From an uncultured Candidatus Rokubacteria bacterium (GTDB taxonomy: Bacteria; Methylomirabilota; Methylomirabilia; Rokubacteriales; DASRDR01), in contig CAWGVS010000004.1 of the NCBI GenBank assembly GCA_963826115.1, forward strand, positions 64,001 through 128,000: a stretch of 64,000 nucleotides of DNA. The letters run 5' to 3'. The position numbers and the translations under genes were made by a program. This document shows, piece after piece, positions 59,385 through 64,000 of this stretch. How positions within the stretch are numbered: the stretch's first letter is position 1; every line of letters begins with the position of its first letter. Below the pieces are notes generated by a model that saw only the letters and a program-made list of their open reading frames with translations, was not told where the DNA came from and did no database searches.

Positions 59385-62057
59385 ATGAAGCTCCGCGTCC
59401 ATCTTGCCGTCTACGCGATCTGCCTTGGGCTGGTCGCGCTCTGGACCTGGCCGCTCGCCCACGATCCGGCGCACCTCGTGCCCGACAACACCGATCCGCG
59501 GCTGTTCAGCTGGGTCATGATCTCCGTCTTCCGGAACCTCATCGCGCGGCCGCAGTTCCTGCTCGACGGCGCGGGCTTCTATCCCTACGGCCTGAGCCTC
59601 ACGTTCGCGGAGCCGCTGGTCACCCCGGCGCTGGTGGCGGGCCCGCTCTTCTGGTGGACCGGCAATCCCTACCTCGCGTACAACCTGACGCTCCTCCTGT
59701 TCTGGGCGGCGTCCGGGTGGGCCATGTACGCCGTCGCCTACTGGATCACGCGGCTCCACGCGGCGGCGACCGTCGCCATGCTGATCTTCACGCTGGCCCC
59801 CCCGCGGCTCGCGTACGCGGTCGAGTTCCAGATGGAGATGATGTTCGGTCTGCCGCTGGCGGTGTACGCCCTGGTGCGGTACCTCGAGACGCAGCGGGCC
59901 CGGTTCCTCGTCCTGTTCCTCGCGGTCTTCTGGCTCCAGGCGGTCGCCGTCTGGTACTTCGCCGTGATCCTCGGTATGGGGCTCCCGATCCTCGCGCTCG
60001 CCTACGGCCTCCGGCGCTGGTCGGGCTGGCGCGCGGCGACGCTGCCGGCGGCGGGCGTGGGCGCGGCGGCGCTCGGGCTCGCGCTGGCCCCGGTCGCGTG
60101 GCCGTTCTTCGTGACGCGCCGGGAGTTGGGTCTCGAGCGCGCCATGGGCGATGCGCTCGACCGCTCGGCCAACGTGCTGGGCTACCTGTCGACGAAGGGC
60201 ACGTGGCTCGCGCGGCTCGTCCACGTCGATCACGTGTCGGAGACGACGCTGTTTCCCGGCATCATTGCCCTCAGTCTCGCGGCCCTGAGTGTCGCGTGGA
60301 TCCTCGCGGAGCGAGGGCCCGGCCGGCAGCCCTGGCCCGAGCGGTTCCTCGCCGCGGGCATGGCGGTGAGCCTCGCGACGGCCGTCCTGACGGTGGTCGG
60401 CCACGGCCGCCTCCGTCTCGGCCCGGCGTGGACCCGCCTGCCGTCCATGACGGCGTGCGGTGTCGCGTTCTTCGTGAGTCTGCTCCTCCGGGGCGGCGTG
60501 GCCGGCTGGCGGCGCTGGCAAGCCGGCCTCCGCGACCGCGCGCTCGCGCCCGGCGAGTGGGCGTGGGCGCTCGCCGCCATGGGGCTGTTCGCGTTCCTCC
60601 TCTCGCTCGGGCCGCGGGTGCACGTCGGCACGCGGGCGGCCGGGGCCGGGCTCTATGCCTGGCTCCATCCCTACCTGCTGCCGCTCCGGGCCATCCGCGG
60701 GACGACGCGCTTCGGGCTCCTCGTGCTGACCGTCGTGGCGCTCCTGGCCGCCCTCGGCACGGCCTGGCTGCTTCGCCGGTGGTCTGGGGCCACGCGCTCG
60801 CTCGTGGCGGCGGGCCTCGTGGGCGCGCTGGTCCTCGACTACGTCGCGCCCGCCCAGGACTATCAGTGGATCGAGACCTTCACGCGGCCCGTCGATGCGG
60901 CGCTCCGGGCGGAGCCGGAGGATGTCGCCGTTCTCGAGTGGCCGTTCGGCGACCCCGACGACGAGGTGGACGCGACGCTCCGGACGGTCGGGCACGGGCA
61001 GCGCGTCGTCAACGGCTACGCCGGCTTCGTCCCCGACTTCCAGCGTGACCTCGACGCGCTCCTGACCCTGTCCGGCCCCCGGTTCGGGTCGCCGCCGGTG
61101 CGGACGGCCCTGGCGCGGATCTACCCATTGCACTACCTCATCGTCCGGGACGCCGCGCGCCACCGGGCGCCCGGCGACACCGCGCAGACCGTGGCCGACC
61201 GGTCGGAGGGCTTTCTCCGTTTCCGCGGGACGCACGGCGAGGACGACCTGTACGAGGTCGTGCCGTTGCCCGAGCGCGGGAACGCGGTGGAGCGCGTGGT
61301 GTCGTACGACCTGCTCCGGTCCCGGCCCCTCCTGCGGGCGACGGTCCGTCCCGTCCGCGTACAGGCCGGCGTGGAGCAGTGGGCGAAGCTCACGCTCAAC
61401 AACACGGCGCTGGCGCGCGTGCCCCTCGACGTCCCGACGACGGTGGCGATGCCCCTGACGGCGCCGCTCCGGCGGGCCCGGCCCAACGTCATCGCCTTCG
61501 ACCTGGAGTACCGGCGGCACGGGCCGGCGCTCGGCCCCGCGCACCGGCTCGGCGCGTCGGGGCCGAGCGTGCCCGTGGACGCCGTGGTCCAGAGCGCCGG
61601 GCAGCCGTACGGAGACCGGGCGTCCATCCGCGTCGGCATCGGCGAGCGGGCGCCGAACCGCCGCGGCTACAACCTGGTCGCCATCTCGCCGTCGGGCATG
61701 GTCGAGGATCCGGTTTCCTTCGACACCTTCGAGAAGCCGGCGGCGAGCGCGGAGATGGCCGCGTGGGTGACGGACCTGCCCCTGGGCACGATCGTGCTCG
61801 GCGCGGTCAAGGACGAGGCGTCACTGAGGCTCGGCGCCGACGCGGTCGACGCGCTGGGCACGCTCGGCGTCCGCGGCGACCTGCGGGGCGGCTATCGACA
61901 CTCGCATGCCTTCATCGGGGTGAAGGGCGCGCCGCCCGGGTCGGCGCGGGAGGCGATCGGGCCGCGCGCCGTCGAGGTCCGGGTGGGGGAGCTCGACGCG
62001 CAGTTCGGCCTCGAGCTGGAAGCCTTCGAGCTCGTCCCCGGGCCGGGCGCGCGCTGA
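59385..62057 (+). CDS. GT-C-fold membrane protein with a C-terminal ILEI domain; paralog of 49783..52503
   Basis: DPRLFSWV, FAEPL, LAYNLTLLLFWA.SGWAMY, EFQMEM, VNGYAGF, then RGYNLVAI...FDT...GTIVLGAVKDE...YRHSHAFIGVKG. Confidence 0.78.
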   Translation: MKLRVHLAVYAICLGLVALWTWPLAHDPAHLVPDNTDPRLFSWVMISVFRNLIARPQFLLDGAGFYPYGLSLTFAEPLVTPALVAGPLFWWTGNPYLAYNLTLLLFWAASGWAMYAVAYWITRLHAAATVAMLIFTLAPPRLAYAVEFQMEMMFGLPLAVYALVRYLETQRARFLVLFLAVFWLQAVAVWYFAVILGMGLPILALAYGLRRWSGWRAATLPAAGVGAAALGLALAPVAWPFFVTRRELGLERAMGDALDRSANVLGYLSTKGTWLARLVHVDHVSETTLFPGIIALSLAALSVAWILAERGPGRQPWPERFLAAGMAVSLATAVLTVVGHGRLRLGPAWTRLPSMTACGVAFFVSLLLRGGVAGWRRWQAGLRDRALAPGEWAWALAAMGLFAFLLSLGPRVHVGTRAAGAGLYAWLHPYLLPLRAIRGTTRFGLLVLTVVALLAALGTAWLLRRWSGATRSLVAAGLVGALVLDYVAPAQDYQWIETFTRPVDAALRAEPEDVAVLEWPFGDPDDEVDATLRTVGHGQRVVNGYAGFVPDFQRDLDALLTLSGPRFGSPPVRTALARIYPLHYLIVRDAARHRAPGDTAQTVADRSEGFLRFRGTHGEDDLYEVVPLPERGNAVERVVSYDLLRSRPLLRATVRPVRVQAGVEQWAKLTLNNTALARVPLDVPTTVAMPLTAPLRRARPNVIAFDLEYRRHGPALGPAHRLGASGPSVPVDAVVQSAGQPYGDRASIRVGIGERAPNRRGYNLVAISPSGMVEDPVSFDTFEKPAASAEMAAWVTDLPLGTIVLGAVKDEASLRLGADAVDALGTLGVRGDLRGGYRHSHAFIGVKGAPPGSAREAIGPRAVEVRVGELDAQFGLELEAFELVPGPGAR

Positions 62058-62072
62058 CCCGGGGCACGCCGC

Positions 62073-64000
62073 CTAGCGCGGCGTGACCGTCACGCGATCG
62101 AAGAACACGCCCACGTCCCCCAGAAAGGCCACGGGGAACTCGAGGACCCGGGCCCGCTCGAGCGCGAAGTCGAGCGTCACCTCCCGGTAGTCTCCGGACG
62201 GGACCTCGGCCGCGTCGATCACCCGCGAAGCCAGCGTCCGCCCCGCCGGCTCGGTGACCGCGAGCCGCGCGAGCGGGCCGTGCCCGGTGGCCGCCGCGCG
62301 CAGCCGGACCGCGAGCCGGTACGCCCCGGGCGGGAACTCGCGCGCCGGCCCGCTCACCAGCTCGCCGCGGAGGCTCTCGGCCGGGTCCGCGTAGGCGGCC
62401 CAGCCGCCGGAGGCCGCAGGATCCGCGCGCTCCCCGAGGCGGTGCGGCAGCGCTTCCACCTCGTATGCGCGCTCGAGTGCCGGGCGGTCGGCGGCCACGA
62501 CGAGCACCCAGTCCACCGCCGCCTCGCGCCGGCCGTCCCACAGCACGCGGAGCTCCAGCGGGCGGGCGTGGTCGACGACGAACGGCAGATCCACTTCGGT
62601 CCACGCCGGCCCAGGGTCGGCCGGGCGCTCGGCCAGGATCCGCCGGCCGAAGTCGCTCGCGACGTCGAGCCGGAGCCCGTTGCCGCGGACCCGGAAGCGC
62701 GCGACGTAGGCCCCCGCCGGGAGAGGCCGGTAGGGCCCGAACGTCAGGAAGCCGGCCGGCGCGCCCGGCTGGCCGACCACGACGCGGCCCCCCGACGCCT
62801 CCGGCAGGCCGGCCACGGCGCCCGTCGCGTGGTTCTGCGTCTCGGCCTCGTAGAACACGCCGACCGGCGACGTCTGGCGGTTCACGACGGGCGCGCGCTC
62901 GGTGACGCGGTAGAGCGCCAGCGGCCCGGCGACCTGCACGGGCGCGAGCACGCCCGAGGCGCCCAGACGTTCCGTCGTGAAGGCCGACGGATAGGGAGAG
63001 ACCTGGGGCGGGAACCCGCCGCGGTCCACGACTACGTGCGTGATCCGGAGGCGCCGGAGCGCCTCGGCCTCGCCGGGTCCGAGGTCCCCGACGTTGAGGG
63101 CCGAGAGCGGCTCGTAGACCTCGTCCACGTACCGGCGCGGCACGAGGGGCGAGTAGCCGTTGACCGTGGGGATCCGGGTGCGCGTCACCGCGTAGAGGTA
63201 GAGGCCCGAGACGGCGCTGTCGCCCGGCCAGATCGGCACGTACAGCACGCGCTCGGCCTCACGGCGTAGGGTCTCGAACACCGGGCTGTCGTCGAACCGC
63301 GCGACGGCGATGCCGTGCCACGGCGGGGTCGCCGCGAGGACGAGGGCCAGGAGCCCCCCGGTCGTGACGAGCCACGGGATCCGCGATCCCCGGCCCAGGG
63401 TTGCCAGGGCCGCGCGGGCGCCCAGCGCCGCCAGCACGAGGACGGCGACGCTCGTCACCAGCTGGAGCTTCTCCGGGTTCCGGATCATCGCGAAGAACGG
63501 GACGACGCGGTGGAGCGCCTGGTAGAGGGGCACGCGCGGGATCGTCGGGCCGAGGCTCAAGAGGAGCCCGAGGCCGAAGGCCGCGCCGTACACGAGCCGG
63601 AGCCCGCGGTCTCCCGCGCGTCCCCGCGCGGCGGCGCCGACCGCCGCCAGCGCCACGAGCGCGAGGCCGCCATATCGCGCCGGCTCCGCGAGGCCCCGGA
63701 GACCGGGGGAGAACAGTCGCACCTCGTCGAGGCGCCGTCCCGCCTCGGCGATCGAGCCGGCGACGAAGGCCTGGCGCAGCATGAGGACCCAGCCCCCCGC
63801 GGCGCCCGCCAGGACGGCGAAGGCCAGGAGGGGCGCGGGCCGGAGCGCGCGGACGGACCCCAGCGCGACGAGGCAGACGCCCGCGTGGACGAGGGCCAGC
63901 CCGCCCGCGAGGTACGTGTACTGCGGCTCCAGCATGGCGAGGGCGAGGAGCGCGGCGCCGCCGCCGATCCCGCCGCCGAGCCGGCCGTCGCGGAGCGCCA
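62073..64000 (-). CDS. GT-C-fold membrane protein (5'-truncated by the window) with two C-terminal CBM-like repeats
   Basis: The frame is open to the window edge. TMs, LLSLGP, IRNPEK, VNGYSP match the family of the ILEI proteins. Repeats: YEAE...FGPYRPLPAGAY...VDWV and YEVE...SGPAREFPPGAY...FDRV. Confidence 0.72.
   Translation of the reverse strand, partial: ALRDGRLGGGIGGGAALLALAMLEPQYTYLAGGLALVHAGVCLVALGSVRALRPAPLLAFAVLAGAAGGWVLMLRQAFVAGSIAEAGRRLDEVRLFSPGLRGLAEPARYGGLALVALAAVGAAARGRAGDRGLRLVYGAAFGLGLLLSLGPTIPRVPLYQALHRVVPFFAMIRNPEKLQLVTSVAVLVLAALGARAALATLGRGSRIPWLVTTGGLLALVLAATPPWHGIAVARFDDSPVFETLRREAERVLYVPIWPGDSAVSGLYLYAVTRTRIPTVNGYSPLVPRRYVDEVYEPLSALNVGDLGPGEAEALRRLRITHVVVDRGGFPPQVSPYPSAFTTERLGASGVLAPVQVAGPLALYRVTERAPVVNRQTSPVGVFYEAETQNHATGAVAGLPEASGGRVVVGQPGAPAGFLTFGPYRPLPAGAYVARFRVRGNGLRLDVASDFGRRILAERPADPGPAWTEVDLPFVVDHARPLELRVLWDGRREAAVDWVLVVAADRPALERAYEVEALPHRLGERADPAASGGWAAYADPAESLRGELVSGPAREFPPGAYRLAVRLRAAATGHGPLARLAVTEPAGRTLASRVIDAAEVPSGDYREVTLDFALERARVLEFPVAFLGDVGVFFDRVTVTPR

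Noticed and set aside
36940-64000. Conventional O-antigen or capsule cluster
   Set aside because: No Wzx, Wzy, Wzz, Wzm/Wzt, initiating transferase or GT4 enzymes are visible in the window. The content is dominated by lipid-donor/GT-C components.

Overview
A very GC-rich (roughly 70%+) bacterial chromosome segment. Gene content and style are reminiscent of Candidatus Rokubacteria/Methylomirabilota, but that is inference and was not tested. I saw no rRNA, intact tRNA, CRISPR array, integrase or transposase. The left ~36 kb holds mixed housekeeping and catabolic genes: fhs, a GldA/GldF/GldG/DUF4340-type ABC operon, several hydrolases, pcaF, a Dpp-type peptide importer lacking its ATPases, a DUF1989-dehydratase-MFS operon, a JmjC cupin, RidA, HADs, a Zn-finger/SagB-like/Moco-oxidoreductase operon and a class III aminotransferase. 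It also carries a membrane-anchored HtrA-like protein that has lost all three catalytic residues. The right ~28 kb (36177 to the window end, still open) is the most notable part: an extracytoplasmic glycan-decoration island. It has four candidate lipid-phosphate-sugar donor synthases (three GT2, one fused to a methyltransferase, plus a DPPR-synthase-like UbiA), three UPF0104/LPG-synthase-TM flippase-like proteins and six large GT-C-fold membrane proteins. Each GT-C carries a C-terminal accessory module (tandem F5/8 discoidin, ILEI/GG-type lectin, CBM-like repeats or a beta-rich insert). An epimerase, AsnB, an acyltransferase and an SGNH lipoprotein complete the island. Many genes look leaderless, with a -10 box 6-8 nt before the start codon. 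At least four single-base frameshifts suggest residual long-read consensus errors.
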